From: Oopsacas minuta
Taxonomy: Eukaryota; Animalia; Porifera
Assembly (NCBI GenBank): GCA_024704765.1
Contig: JAKMXF010000144.1
Coordinates: forward strand, 1-64,000
Reading direction: 5' to 3'
Length of the DNA: 64,000 bases
Position numbers and translations under genes: made by a program. The notes below the pieces were generated by a model that made no database searches, was not told where the DNA came from, and saw nothing but the letters and a program-made list of their open reading frames with translations. Below, piece by piece: positions 36,618 through 53,424 of the stretch (within the stretch, counting starts at the first letter, position 1; every line of letters begins with the position of its first letter).

Positions 36618-36681
36618 ATATTTGTTTATAGCAATTCTCTAACTGTTTATCTTTTCATAATTTAGAAACAAATAACAACAA

Positions 36682-37938
36682 ATGGCAGATTATAACGCCC
36701 CAGTAATTGCCCCCGTAGACCCTATCGAGACACAAATCAATGAGCTATTCGATCGGATGGTTTATCGCCTCAACCAGAGACGGGCAGCTCTCCTAAACAG
36801 GTACCACGAACTACGTGACGAAAAGGCAGCCAGGAGATCAGAGCGAATTAAAAAGTTTGAGGAGCTGGTCGGAATGAAGGCTGAGACGGAGGGTCGTCTC
36901 CAAATGAATGACCTCCGAGAGCTGCAGGAGAGAATGATAGCTGATATAGAGCTAAAATTAGCAGAGGTTAATACACACCAGCCTGAGACCCATATTGTAT
37001 TCAGGAACCAATCCGAACCCCTAGAGCAGCTGATTGCACAACTGGGAGAGGTTCTAGAGGAGGAGGTACCAATCATACCCAATTACCAAGCTATGAGAGA
37101 GGTAGTAGCTGTTGGGAAGAAACGGAGAGCTCCTGGAAAGTTGTATAGTCCTCGAGCTGTAGCTATTGACTACAATACCAACAAAATTTTTGTTACAGAG
37201 GGGGCACAAATCTTATCCCGGGGTTTATTCAGCACACACAAACGTATTTCCATCTTTACAGAGAGAGGAGATTACCTAGATAGCTTTACCCACAAGGACA
37301 TGCAGGGTCCACACGGTATAGCTATTCACGAGGATAATGTGTACGTCACAGATACACTTGTGCATGCAGTGTTCCTCTTCAAAATGGAGACTAGCTTCCC
37401 TCTAATCGCTAAGCTAGGGACTGGAGGATCTCGGATAGGAGAGTTTAACAGTCCTCAAAACCTAACTGTCTCTACTAACGGAGACGTATACGTAACAGAT
37501 TTTTATAACAACAGAATCCAGATCCTCAACAGCTCTCTACAACCCATACGTAACCTCACTAAAAAGCCAATTCAGAACCCTCGTGACATAAAACTAACAG
37601 CTGATGAGGTCTACGTGCTCTGTGAGGACAATCCCTGTATACAGGTGCTATCTCACGCGGGAGAGAGACTCCGTTCTTTGGCGTCTAGAAGTATGCCGAA
37701 TGATGTTGCTAATCCTCATTTCTTCTGTCTAGACGTAGCAAAGAATATAATTATCAGTGACTGGTGTTATAATGGTAAAGTAAAGATATTCAATAAAGAA
37801 GGAATCTTCATTCACGCTATACTAGTAGAACATCAAAAGAAAGTTCCCGCGAGAGGATTAGCTCTAACGAAAGATCTAAGTTTAGTAGTTATATTTCCTG
37901 ATAGTGATTATTATTTACGAATATTCTCATGTTTATAA
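36682..37938 (+). CDS. Coiled-coil + NHL-repeat protein, 418 aa, intronless
   Basis: N-terminal helical region (VDPIETQIN..LNQRRAALL) followed by NHL repeats. No RING or B-box. Confidence 0.92.
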   Translation: MADYNAPVIAPVDPIETQINELFDRMVYRLNQRRAALLNRYHELRDEKAARRSERIKKFEELVGMKAETEGRLQMNDLRELQERMIADIELKLAEVNTHQPETHIVFRNQSEPLEQLIAQLGEVLEEEVPIIPNYQAMREVVAVGKKRRAPGKLYSPRAVAIDYNTNKIFVTEGAQILSRGLFSTHKRISIFTERGDYLDSFTHKDMQGPHGIAIHEDNVYVTDTLVHAVFLFKMETSFPLIAKLGTGGSRIGEFNSPQNLTVSTNGDVYVTDFYNNRIQILNSSLQPIRNLTKKPIQNPRDIKLTADEVYVLCEDNPCIQVLSHAGERLRSLASRSMPNDVANPHFFCLDVAKNIIISDWCYNGKVKIFNKEGIFIHAILVEHQKKVPARGLALTKDLSLVVIFPDSDYYLRIFSCL

Positions 37939-37983
37939 TGTTTATCACATCCAATAATTAATAAACAAACAAACATTCTATCA

Positions 37984-40687
<2,704 letters not shown>

Positions 40688-41609
40688 CTATAATAAAAAT
40701 ATAAAATGAAATTTTAGAGGTGTTAAGTCAGAGTAGAACAGCTGATCTGTCTCAAGAGGACACTCGTGGACAGAGAAAAATGTTCTCTGTGTACAGGTCA
40801 CAATTATTACAATCAACTCCTGGTATATCAACACGGATATATGAAATGCCCGCTTATACCAAAACTTCAAAGTAACATATTACCGATTGTATTATTGGGT
40901 CCCGTGTGGGGATGGATATAAAGGTTAATTGTATTTGAAAATTATCCTTAAGGAAAAGAGGGAGGAGAGGGAGAGGGGAGGGGTCAGAGAGACACTAATT
41001 AGTGACTCTATGACCCATACAACAGCTGTAGTATACTGAATTAATAAATACACCATGGATAATAGAATTATAATATTATTGGAGATGTATAAATTAGCTG
41101 CCTTATCATAGTAACGGTTAATCTCAATAGGAATTCATAATATATATGATATACATGATACATACCATCAGATGTCTGTAGAAACCCTATTATAAGTCTG
41201 AGTGTTAGCTAATTGAATTATTATAAAACAATATGAGATTACAGGAATTGTGTCGCACTGCCACGTGGCTATAAAATGGACACAATTTGTATATAAGAAC
41301 AATGTATGACTAGACAGGAGCCAATCAAATGCGCTGTTATAGCGAATAGTTGGCATTCATTAGATGCATTGATGAAAGGTGTGAAAAGTGTCACTTTTGA
41401 GCCACCCAATGGCACAGTAATGTGTCACAATATGAACTAAAAGGTGTGAATGCAGAATATGATTAATTAGCAAATAAATGAAGTAAAATCATAATTACCA
41501 ATAAAGTTCTATTTTGAAGATTCATATAAGAATCTTAACAACCATATTTGAATTTGGAATGCTATTAAAAATATAAACAACATTTAATATTTGTCCCAGG
41601 GGGTCAAAA

Positions 41610-42619
41610 CTAGACCCCCTCATCATCAAAAGCGTCCATATCATCAGAGAGGGTGTCAGACCCCAGAGAACATGTCTCCTCCCAATCTACACCCCCGAGC
41701 AGTTCGACGAGGTCAGAAGCGGGGGGTCTCATATCCACAGAGTGGTCCAAACATCTGTCGATAATATATTTTATTTGAAGTGGAGTCTTAGGCAGGACAC
41801 ATTCTGGTAGTGTCAGTCTCTTAGCCTCCATACACATCAAATACATTATATTATAGTGATTAAGCTCCTTAGTATCAGAGAAGGGAAGTGAGTTAGTTAA
41901 CACCTCGTAGATAACAGCACCGTATGAGTACACATCTGATCCCTCACTGTGACAACGTGACCGTACAACTTCTGGTGCCATCCACAGCAAAGTACCTACA
42001 TCATCTGTCTGTGTGGAGTCCTTAGCTTGGAGTTTTGAGACACCAAAGTCACATAGCTTAGCTCTCAGAGGCTCTTTGGTCAGTAGAACATTCTAAATAC
42101 ACATATTGGTAACTAGGGTATATCAAATATTGGTGTCAATATGTTATACCTTGCTCTTCAAATCTCTATGTATCACATTCTGTGCATGGAGATAAGACAG
42201 ACCCTTAGCTATGTCTGTTAGAAGAGAGGTGACAGAATCAGGATCCAGTTGTCTCTTCTCCACATGTAGTACTCTATACAGACTCCCTCCCTCAATGAAC
42301 TCCATAAGTATACACAACTTGGGGGCGTTACATGCTCCCACAAATTTGACGATATTCTGGTGGTCTAATGGCTCATAAGCCATACCTCATCTGAGAATTC
42401 CTTTGGGTCGGTACAGTCGTCAAGTTCCTTAATAGCAATTGACACCCCCTGCCATATACCCTTATAAACAGACCCGTATTGACCCTTGTCCAAGAGGTCC
42501 TCTATGAGTAGGTCGTTATAGAGAACTAACCTACAGTCAAATCGGGAGGGGGCGAGGGTACCGAGATTTGTGTGTACCTTCAAAACTTCAGAACAAGATC
42601 TCCTTGTATTCGCAGCCAT
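41610..42619 (-). pseudogene. TKL kinase copy B with a 1-bp deletion near 42369
   Basis: GGTCTAATGGCTC versus GGTCTAATTGGCTC in copy A. The deletion splits exon 1 into ORFs 42365-42619 and 42144-42383. Confidence 0.75.
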
Positions 42620-43110
42620 TCGTGTTCATAATAACAATTCTATTCTGTTTATATATATGCCACAATTAGCTGTGTAACCATTTGACGAAGCCACTTTTTA
42701 ACCATTAGTAATGCGACTGGAGAGCAATTCTTATATGGCTAGAAATGGCATGATGGCATAATGCGACACATTTTGTGGAACACTTGTGTCACGATTCGGT
42801 TATTACTTAATTTTATAAGTTTCTAGAAGCCTAGTAACCACACTAACATTAGGAATGTTTGGTATTTACACTAAAGTACAAGATTATTCATAATTGTGTC
42901 ACTAGTTAACCAATCAAATTACTTGGAAACATTCAATATTTGAGATATTTTGCGACACAATAGGAAACAAGTGGCAGATTTGTGACACTTTTAAAGTTAC
43001 ATTTATAAGTGAAAATAATTGCGACACAATTATACAAATATCGCAGAACCGCGAAACTTTACTGACACTTTATAAGTGGCAGTAGTAAGGATAGGATGAA
43101 GATATCAAGT

Positions 43111-43201
43111 GGTGAGGGGGGAAGGGGAGAAGGGGAGAAGGGGAGAAGGGGAAAAGGGGTGAGGGGGCGAGGGGAGAAGGGGAGAAGGGGAGAAGGGGAA
43201 A
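43111..43201 (+). repeat. Purine-rich G-run minisatellite, copy B
   Basis: (GGGGAGAA)n-rich, with a different unit arrangement from 6174-6268. Confidence 0.85.
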
Positions 43202-43337
43202 TAAGTAATTGATTGTACTCCTGTATCTGTAATATTCATATAAATTGAAATTTGAAACAGAGCTAGCAAAAAAATCAAATTAAATGAGTTGAATGAAAAG
43301 ATTGAATTTACACATCTACAGGTGTGAAGTGGCACAC

Positions 43338-46300
43338 TCACTCTGCCACATCTTGATCTTTGTCGCCAATATGCCATAAAATAACAAACGCAAGAGATAG
43401 AATTCCAGTTCCTAGAATAAAAATATCCAATAATAGTTAGGTGTGAAAAGTGGCATACAAACTCACCAAGTAGATCTCCTAGAGCTGTCAAATAAGGAAT
43501 AGCCCCGTTATTTGGATCGCTACCCCAAGACCAGAGGAAGTGGACAATCCAATTAGCTGCCACCATGAGTAATGCCACTTGTATGCCACTTGACACCAAA
43601 TAGCTGAATATGAAAACAGGGCTTAGAGAAGTATGTCCCGCGTTCAAACCATGGATAATTAATAAGAAAATACAACTCCCAACAACTGACACTAATATGA
43701 GCCATCTCGCCATCTGGGTGTTGGTATTGTGTCCCCAAAAGGTGTGAAGTATGCCCTCATAAGCTGCCTAAAATATAATACAGAAAACCAATAATTAAAT
43801 AATAGTTAAGAATAATCAAATATGGAACTATCAATTACAAATAAGAAACTATATAAATACACAATATGGAACTAAGAATATGAAACTAAAATATGTACTT
43901 TCAAACAGATGAATTGTGCCACTTAAGTTTACAATTCTTAGAAAACCATAAATTTGACTTGAATATTTTTAGTTGTAACTATAGCAACAGAATTATAAGG
44001 AAAGAATGTCAGTAGGCACAAAGCTATTCTCATTCTTATCTAAGGACACAAATGAGCCACCTGACACCCGGGACCTGGAAGGATCAGGTTCATTTTGGCG
44101 TCAGAAGGGGTACAAGGTTCCTGGACACGCACAACCGGATGTGGTATGCACCTCACCGCCACACAAGGTGTATGGCGCACAACACCCTCCGAAATACGTG
44201 GCAGATTCCGACACAAAAGTGTCACAGACAGACCACTTAGTGGCATACCACCGGAGCATGGTGACGGATATTGAAGAGGGGTTTAACATTCCACTTACAA
44301 GATCCCATTCTGATGGCGTCACACGACCACCTGATGCCACTTCGCCACTTTCTGACCCACCTGGTCTGAAATTTGAGTTCGACATCAAAGCTCATTTTCT
44401 GAACAAAGTCAAGCATATGAGCCAATCAAAAGCAGAGGAACAGAGGTCCGCTTTCAGAGGATCAGAGGGCCTGGGGTATGACCCAAACGACAGAGAGACC
44501 GCTAAACTTGAGAAATTCGGGAAATCACTTGCCGGACCTAACACGGACATAAATGTTATCCGTAAGCTCAGCTGGGGGGGCATACCTGCCCAATTGAGGG
44601 GGACAACCTGGCAGCTCTTGTGTGGGTACCTCCCGACTAACATAGACAGACGGGAGAGCACCCTGACCCGTAAGAGACTGGAGTACCGTCAATACCTGGA
44701 CAGTTATTACAAGAAGAATGTGTTTGATAATAATCACGATATAATGAAGCAGATTCAGGTAGATGTACCAAGGATGAACTCAGAGATAAAGTTGTTTAGA
44801 CAACAAGTTGTAAGAGAGGTGTTTATTCGGGTGTTATTCATATGGTCTATTAGACACCCTGCCTCTGGGTATGTCCAAGGGATCAATGACCTCTTGACGC
44901 CTTTCTTTATCGTGTTCCTATCCTCCTATGTCCCAGCTGATAAGAATACAGATACGATAGAATTCAGTTCCCTGCCACAATGCCACCAGGACACAATTGA
45001 AGCAGACTCTTACTGGTGTGTGAACCACTTCCTAGAAGGCATACAGGACAATTACACCTTTGAGCAACCTGGCATACAACTAAAAGTAGCAAAACTCCGG
45101 GAAATCGTCCAGAGGGTGGACAATAATCTCCACCAACACCTCATTGACAACGAAATAGAGTATATGGCATTCTCATTCAGATGGATGAATAACCTACTTA
45201 TGAGAGAGTTCCCTCTCCACTGCATAATCAGATTATGGGACACTTATCTATCAGAGAGGGAGGGGTTCGCAGAGTTCCATTTGTACACATGTGCAGCCTT
45301 CCTCCTCACCTTCTCAAAACAGCTGATAGCCAAACCTGATCTGCAGGCTCTGATCCTCTTCCTACAGAGACTCCCCACTGACCAATGGGGTGATAGGGAT
45401 ATGGAACTATTACTGGCAGAGGCATACAGACTAAAGTACACATTTGAGAATGCACACGGACATCTTAAAGTGGCACAGAGTAAAGATTCTACTTAATTCT
45501 GCCACTTTTCACACCTTTTAGATAGTGTGAAATGTATGGTTCCAATAAGAACTAATATATATATATAAAAATTTTAAATACCTCTTTATCCGTAACCTGG
45601 TTACCAGGCGTACTTCTGGAATGTAGAGATGTGCTAATCCTGCATGCCTGAATAGCAACTAAGTTACCACCTGTACCGTTTATAACTGGCGCGTAAACCG
45701 CCAATCCCTCTAGACCCATTACCACTTTATCTAGAACTGTGCCACCTAGTGAACTAATACACATGGCTATTAGGAGAGGTGTCCAACCATATTTGACCAC
45801 TTCTTTAGTTGTGTCGCCTCTGGTTGACACGTAGAGCCACATAACACCAAGTGGCAGCATAAGCGACACAATTAGTGGTGCAATCCACATTGTGACTTCT
45901 CTCTTGTCGTAGAGTGTTGATGCCACAAGAGACAGTACACCTAGAAAAAGGTGTTAATTACAGTTAAATGGCACAAATGTGTCGCTTACCTAGTGTCACG
46001 AGATCTCCCAAGGCAGCTGCTAGAGGTGTTGCTAAGTTGTCGGGGTTAAGTTTAAAAGTGGCACACAGATAAACCACCACTGCCATCACGACACCTAACA
46101 GTAGTCCGGACACACAGGCCGCTAAAATGGCAGAAGCAAATATTAGTGACACCAGGGACCAATCTATCTGTCCAAGGGACACAATTAGGCCCAGGAGGAC
46201 AGACAAACAGCTAGCTAGGATCGACACAATAGTGGCTTGGCCTTGTATAAGTGATAAGTTATAAGCGACAACTTTAAGATAACCACCCAATGATGCCACT

Positions 46301-46650
46301 TCTCCCAAATTAGCAGCTGTTGAGAGTCTAGCTGTTAGTGTCATTTCTAGGTTACCCTTCAATCCCAGTAGAGGAGGAACTAATATGAATAACTCATCCA
46401 CTTTAATAAACACTTCCCAGTGCTGTACTACATCTAATAATAGACCTGCCATAACCAGACCGACACCTGAAAGTGTCGAAGATATAAATATCTGTAACAG
46501 GGAGTATGCCACTTCTAGATAGGTGTTAGGTGGTTTGAGAGATGGTTTAGGAGGTGGTGAGTCGATTGAGAGACCACTATCACTCCCTGAGAGGCAGATA
46601 GGTGTGAGAATTGTGTCGCTATGCTCATCAGAGCCATTTTCTAATTCCAT
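43338..46650 (-). CDS. SLC41A: SLC41 magnesium transporter, copy B
   Basis: Duplicate of 6405-9716; intron 2 spans 43768-45581. Confidence 0.9.
44006..45496 (+). CDS. TBC1D22: TBC1D22, copy B, nested
   Basis: Same 496-aa ORF as copy A. Confidence 0.93.
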   Translation: MSVGTKLFSFLSKDTNEPPDTRDLEGSGSFWRQKGYKVPGHAQPDVVCTSPPHKVYGAQHPPKYVADSDTKVSQTDHLVAYHRSMVTDIEEGFNIPLTRSHSDGVTRPPDATSPLSDPPGLKFEFDIKAHFLNKVKHMSQSKAEEQRSAFRGSEGLGYDPNDRETAKLEKFGKSLAGPNTDINVIRKLSWGGIPAQLRGTTWQLLCGYLPTNIDRRESTLTRKRLEYRQYLDSYYKKNVFDNNHDIMKQIQVDVPRMNSEIKLFRQQVVREVFIRVLFIWSIRHPASGYVQGINDLLTPFFIVFLSSYVPADKNTDTIEFSSLPQCHQDTIEADSYWCVNHFLEGIQDNYTFEQPGIQLKVAKLREIVQRVDNNLHQHLIDNEIEYMAFSFRWMNNLLMREFPLHCIIRLWDTYLSEREGFAEFHLYTCAAFLLTFSKQLIAKPDLQALILFLQRLPTDQWGDRDMELLLAEAYRLKYTFENAHGHLKVAQSKDST

Positions 46651-46694
46651 TCTAAATATTAATATAAATCTATTTTTACACTAAAATATTGAAA

Positions 46695-49665
46695 TTATTT
46701 ATTCTTATATTTCCTAAAATTTTTGCTATTTTTCTTCTGAGATTTTATAGCATTCCTTCTGTCCTTTTTCATTCTAGAGTCTACTCGCTTGTAGCGCCCT
46801 TTCACACCTTTAGGTCTGCCACCCTGCCCCTTGTCACTTTTCTTAGAAACCACATAGGACACTTTCCCGCGTGATTTTATTTGTCCCGCCTTTTTATATA
46901 GTTTCTTAATTTTATCAATTTTCTCTTTCTGAGCTGTGACGTCATTTGTGTCAGGCAGGTTATCCAATATTTTACGCGCCATTTCCACCTTTTTAGCGGC
47001 TTTAAATTTCCTTTTCGCCTTTGCTTCAACTATCTTTTTGATTGGTCGATTATCAATCTCTTTCTGGCGCGTATTATAGTACTCAACCTGACAACGTAAA
47101 GAACGTTACTACATTCCTTATACAAATCTAGCATAACTTACTTGTTGCTTAGTAACGGGTAGTATCCTAAAGGAATGCTTCTCTTCGTCGTCAAGGAACC
47201 AATCAGGAATGTCTAATCCTTCATCTCTGTTTGTATATCTATTATAGGCGCCATCTATTATGTCCTCACGGGACCCCTTAGAGAGGAACATTTGTTCCGC
47301 TAGGGCTAGACCAATCGGGTCCAGTCTCTTAGTTCCAGTAATAGTTCCGGTTACACTCTCGTCGCTATCTGATTGGCTATGATATCCATCTAGATTACAT
47401 GTATAAATACAGTAAACATTGGAGTTAACGACACTCGTTTGGGCGGGCGAAAAAGGTGGCCATATCCGGGTTATGGCGTGTGCAGAATAATGCTGCGAGA
47501 TTCTGGGCAAGCAAAATGAGTCGTTATATGCGATTTGTTGTTATTTCCAATGTTTACTCTCTACAATAATAGAATACATATATAACATACCAATATCCAT
47601 GTTATGCTGCTGGGGTAGAACAGATCCATTCGTCAGCTGTTGTGACACATTTTTAACACCTTTTAGCTGTGCTACTGCATTCTTTAAATCTATATCTTCA
47701 TCTCTATCAGCTCTGTGTTCTGATTGGTTAAAAACATCCCTCTCGAACCACTTGTCGCCTCTGGAATGTGACACATTTCTCCCTAGAGACTAACAGGAAT
47801 GTATAACACATTCCTCGCCTACCATGGTAACAACACAAATATGTACCTCTGTTAGAATTGGTGCTTCATCATTACTACTGTCAATAGAGAATGTGTCCTC
47901 AAGTGGCTCAGTGCCACTTTTGAATGTGTCCGGCAAATCTTCTTCATCTCTCATGTCCCAGTCACATCTAGATAGAGGTGGCTTAAAAGTCTCAATTGTG
48001 TCCTCAGGTGGTGGCTCAATATCCCCATCTAACATTTCTTGTAGCTGCAAAAATAATTAAATAAAATACAGATAATTAGTTCCAACTGAAACTAACCTGG
48101 TCCTCATTCGTAATGCCATTAATATTGAAAAGTGGCATATCATTGTGGCTCATATCCTGAACACCTCCAGGGAACATTTTCATAGACTCAGCTAGTTTCA
48201 GTTTCCGTTTAAGCGCCACTTTCCTTTCCCGCTTTTTCTTCTGTCTCTTCTCACGACTTAGTTCCGTATTTATCAACTTTAGTTCCGATTCTCCCTCCGA
48301 CACATCTGTGCCACTTCCAGAAAGTGGATCAGTCTCTACAGAGTCTGATTGGTCAATAAAATTACGTAATGTGTCTCTCCATTTTAACAGAATTCTCAGT
48401 TCTCTCCGACCTAACACCTGAATGTCCTAAAAATAGAATACAAAATTGTAAATATTAATACAGTAGATACCGGTTAAGAGAGTACCGGATAAGAGAGTAC
48501 CGGATATAAGCACCATCCTCTGGATACCGGTTCTCTTATACTCCTGTATATTATACCGGTCATAAGAACATGTATTGCTACTCCTAAGGGTGTTCTTATA
48601 ACCAGTATACATTGTCTTTATGTTACTATAAATAGCAACCTTGAATAAGGTGATAATCTCATTGGTTGTAGCAGGGTGTTTCTTGAATATATCCATGTCT
48701 ATTTCCAAACTGCTGGCTTCCTTTAATAACTCTAAGTGGTTGCGGGAGAGGACGAACTCGGAAAGTGGCACAGGGTGGTACACTAGAGGGTGTGAAGTGT
48801 CGCTGTACCCCTCAGCCCGTTTCTTCTTCCCGGAAATAAGTTGTGACACTTTTATGACGTCAGGAGCCTTCTCCAGCCGTTTTGATTGGCTAACCTCTGT
48901 TTCCTATGGATACCAAATGAATAACATGGTTGCTATGGTAATAATAACAGGAATTTACCTTGAATATATATTTGGGATCTAACAGCTTAGGATCCAAAGA
49001 ATCAGGCGCCAAATATCCTCTGCAAACTATAAATATTTCAGCACTCTCCAGACGGGATGCTTCCGGTTTGGTGGCAGTAACGTGGTGGAACAGCTGTTGA
49101 CAGACCCACAAGAGAGCAGAGTAGTCCTTGGACCGGAACACCTTTGTTATGAACCATCCATCAGCCCTCAGAAAGTGACACGCTAGTCCTAGCGCCTTCA
49201 GACATAGCGACACCTATTATAGTGTAAAATTAATGTCTTAAAGTGACACAAACCACTTCACACCTGGTCATAAGCGTCCTGTTCCCATGCTACTCCCATA
49301 TTCGGCGCCCCGTCGTTAAGCACGACATCAGCTTTCACGCCTTTTCCTAATTCCTTAGTGAGCATAGACCGACACTTTTCTGTAGTTATGTCACATTGAA
49401 ATGTCTTCACACCTGGGATAGGAGCTATAGGAACAAGATCTACCCCAACAACGCTACTGGAGATTGGCATGTGTTGCTGTGCAGCTTGTAACCAACTACC
49501 AGGGGCGGCACAAAGGTCAATGAGACAATTGGAACATTCTAGAAATTGGAACTTCCTATTTAATTGTAATAGTTTGAATGCAGCTCTGCTCCTATATCCG
49601 GTCTCCTTAGCCAGTTTGTAGAATTTATCCCTTCTCTGTTTACCATGTTTAGCTTTCTTGCCCAT
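46695..49665 (-). CDS. FTSJ3: FTSJ3, copy B
   Basis: Duplicate of 9761-12731, with an H/R substitution (LSHNH versus LSRNH). Confidence 0.92.
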
Positions 49666-49835
49666 TACTTAAACAGCTAGTTAAACAGCTATCTAGCTAT
49701 ACAGTTATCTAGCTATACAGCTACCTAGTTAAACACAGGTTATATTTATCAATTAAAAAGGTGTCAAAATGTGAGTATTCATTCAGAAGTAACGTAGGTG
49801 TGATAATATGGATATAGAGGGTAAATAGTTTGTTC

Positions 49836-52800
49836 TTAAGCCGTGACTTTAGCAGGAGGTTTCAGATTGAAACCTCCACCTGTGAATCGAGGGACATCTG
49901 CCCTGGGAGCAGCTGGGGGGTGAGGTCCCTCTGACATCTGTAGAATAGCTCTCTCTCTCTCTTTCCCCTGTTGTTCCTTTTTCTTCTGGAGATAGTACTT
50001 CTTTTTAACCTCCTGGAGCTCTCTGGACAATCGGTCAGACTCCAATCTATTCTCAGCTATCTGTGATTGGTACATATTCAGCTCAGAGGCCATACTCTTC
50101 ATCTGTTTGGTCTTCTCTCTGAGTGTCTGTTGGTATAATTGGAGCTGTTGACTAACCTCTGGTCCAGGGTTCTTCTCTAGCACACGTTTAAGTTCTATAG
50201 ATATATAATTCCAATATACCATATCGGTAACCAAGATAGATATATAGCACATACCCAAGTACAATCTTTCCTTCTCCTGTATTTGCAGCTCTTTCTCCAC
50301 GGCCTCTTCTGTCTTATGGATAAGTCTCCTCTGGAGAGTTTGTATCTTTTGTAAAAGCTCAAAAGTGTTCGGGTCACTACCTTCTAGTTTACGCCACCTA
50401 AACGACACGTGGTTACTAAGAATCCACATCGGAATGTGTCATATATCTACCTGTGTACATTCATGGGGTTCTCAAGCTCCTCCTCCAGTGCTTTACACCG
50501 TGTCCTCTCCTTAATTAGCTCCCTCTGGGTGTGATGTACCTCTCTCCTCAGCTCATCTACATTAGCTACCGTCCTATGGAGTAGTCCCTTCTCGCGTCTG
50601 AGGTTCCTCACCTCTGACATTAATATCCGGATGTCATCCACACGGGCTCTGTACTGTACTTCTCCTTTGGACAGGGTACTAGTCTGTATCTTAATCTTCT
50701 CATAGAGAAGAGCTAACTCATCATTACGTCTAATCAGCTGAGTTCCCAGGATATCTCGCTCATTAATAACCTAGTAATCTCATTAAATGGTGTAAGGAAT
50801 GTGTGTTACTATAAATAACTTGTTCCAGCTGTTTCTTCTGTCTCAACCTTTCACCGTCTGCTTCTGCTATAATTTTATTCAGCTTCCTCTCCTCTGCCCT
50901 CTGGTTATCGAGGTGTTGTCTTAGAGCTGTTAGTTCCTGTCTCCTCTGAGAGAGGTCATGGGTCAGTCCCTCCTTCTCCTTCTCTACCCTGAGGTGTTCA
51001 TTCTTCTCTTTTAAGAGAGCTGAGTCACTGGTGGCTATCTCGTCCTTCAGCTGATCTATCTAGGTGTTAAAAGTGGTGTATCGTAAAGCACAGACAATCC
51101 CTATTAGTTCCGGTATTAGTTCCATATTATACCTGATGTGTCATTATCTTAATCTTCCGTTTAAACTCAGATATCTCATCCTGTGCTTCTATCAAATTCT
51201 TGGAGTACAGATTCCTGTCTGATCTCGCAGCTTCATAAAGGTTCTGTTGCTCTTTCAGATTTTTATCTGATTCTGCTACCTTCTTGCGTAGCTCAAAGAT
51301 CTTCATTTCCTTCTTCTTAACCTGTAAACAATATGGTAAATAACAAGATGAATGAGTAAACAAACTAGTAAACAACTTGAACTAGTCATACCTCATTCAT
51401 AGACTCAGTACATTGCTTCATAACATCTTCTGCTTCTGTGAAATAATTCGCTCTTTCCTTCTCTAACACCTTCACGTGTTTACGGACAGACCCTAGCTCC
51501 CCCTCTGTATCTCCTCTCTCCCTCTCTAGATTATGTATACGTGTATCCTAGCAACACAGGAATGTGTTATACAATGAGTATAGCTTATAAGGACCACATC
51601 CTCTGGAAACGGTTCTCATATATAGCGACAAAATTATCACACCTGTAATTTAATCATCTCCTCTTTACGGTCAACCTCAGTCTCTGTCTTCCGTAGTAAT
51701 TTCTTGGTGTTGTCTCTCTCTCTGAGGAGATCGTCCAGCTGTTTTTGTTTGTTATCAGTTAGACGTTTAGTTTGATCCACCTCCCTCTCTAGTCCTGATA
51801 TCTGAGCCTTCAATGTATCTTTATCCATCTCTAGTTTGGATTTCTCTTCCTCCTTAAGTGTCACTCTTTTCTGGAGTCTGTCTCTTTCTCGTGCCACCTA
51901 CAGCCACTTATAAATACCGACACATTATGCCACCTAACTTCCCTCACCTTAATACTCTCCTGCTTGAGGGTAGCTAGCTCCTCCTCCTTCAATTTTAGCT
52001 CTCTGTTCCTCTGATCCATCTCCTCACTCAGCTGATCATTATACTGAGTCAGCTGATAATATTGTCCCTGTAGCTTATTGTGTTTCACCTCCAGCAGTTC
52101 AAGATCACGGGTCTGTTTATCAATGTGCCCCTTCAGATCTATCACGTCACTATCTAGGCCGGATTTCTCCTCAGACAGCTGATTAAGTTCTGTCTGCTTG
52201 GATGCTATCTCTTTATTCCGTGACTCCAATTCATCTACATACATATTCTATGAATACCAATTGACTATTTGGTTGCTATGTATAATAACTAACTCTTTTT
52301 CTTCTCAAGCTCCTCTTCAGCTTGTCTCCTTCTACTGACCTCCTTGTACTCATTCTGTTTATGCACCTTAGTCTCCTTTACCAACTCTAGCACCCTCTGC
52401 TCTGCCTGGGTCTTCTGTTTCTCAGCAGCTGTTATATCCTCCTGTATAAGACCCAGCTGTTTCCTGAGACCTGACACCTCTTCTAGTGCCTCCTCCATCT
52501 GTTTGTTTAACTGTTCCTTCTGTTCCGCTAGTTCATGAGACTGTTGTTCCCCTCCGAAGTTAAGACCCGCACCCTTCTCTACTAGAGTAGTCAAGTTAGC
52601 GATTTCTACCTACATACACACATTCCATTCATCTATAACCCGTTACTATACAATACCTATACTGGTTAAAAATATGATTTATCATATTTTAACACCTTTA
52701 GAGACTGAATAGTTTGTCTTCCTCTCTGCTCCTTCTCATGAGAGGTCTCTAACATGTTCCATAACTTCTCTATCTCTTTCTTAAGTGACACAATTGTACT

Positions 52801-53274
52801 CTTATCGTCTTGTGACAGTTTTAACACCTCTGATACTTTAGCTGCATGACTGGCAATCTCTGCATTCAGTTCTCTGCAAAAGCAACCAAATCATACAGGT
52901 GGAATGTAGTGTACATTAATTGAATTATCCTGGTGCAAATACATGCACGTAAACAGGAATTAATCCATGGTTCGTAATACAAGTTAAGGTCAGAATGATA
53001 GGAAAATAACCACTTATCCATGGTCCAATCTGGGACCCCATTAAGGGGTACTTGTACTCTATAGATCCACATACCTGCACTTAGTAACAAGTTTCTTTTC
53101 AGACTCATGACTCTTCCTCAGAGCTTGGTGTAGCTTCTCATATTCTAACCGGAACTTCTCCAGACTCTTATCACCCATTAGTTCCTGTAACACATCTTGG
53201 AAATCCTTCTCCAGAGCTTCAAAGGCATCCTCTGCTATGCTGGGTACCTGAGTCTTATTCTTGTCCTGTTCCAT
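49836..53274 (-). CDS. CFAP58: CFAP58, copy B
   Basis: Duplicate of 12902-16340. Confidence 0.9.
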
Positions 53275-53424
53275 ATAGGTGTTAAACAGCTATATAATGT
53301 GAATAACAATAAATAGGAAATTCGTCACACGATAAGCTACAACAATTGGAACTAGAACTAAAGGAGTGAAAATGTGATAAAATGAAATACAGCAGCGCTT
53401 AAAAATATACAAATATACAATTTA

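Noticed and set aside
36682-37938. Bacterial horizontal transfer or contamination as the origin of the intronless NHL genes
   Set aside because: They lie within or next to spliceosomal introns of animal genes, have TATA-like upstream motifs, and carry the same motif bias as the flanking DNA.
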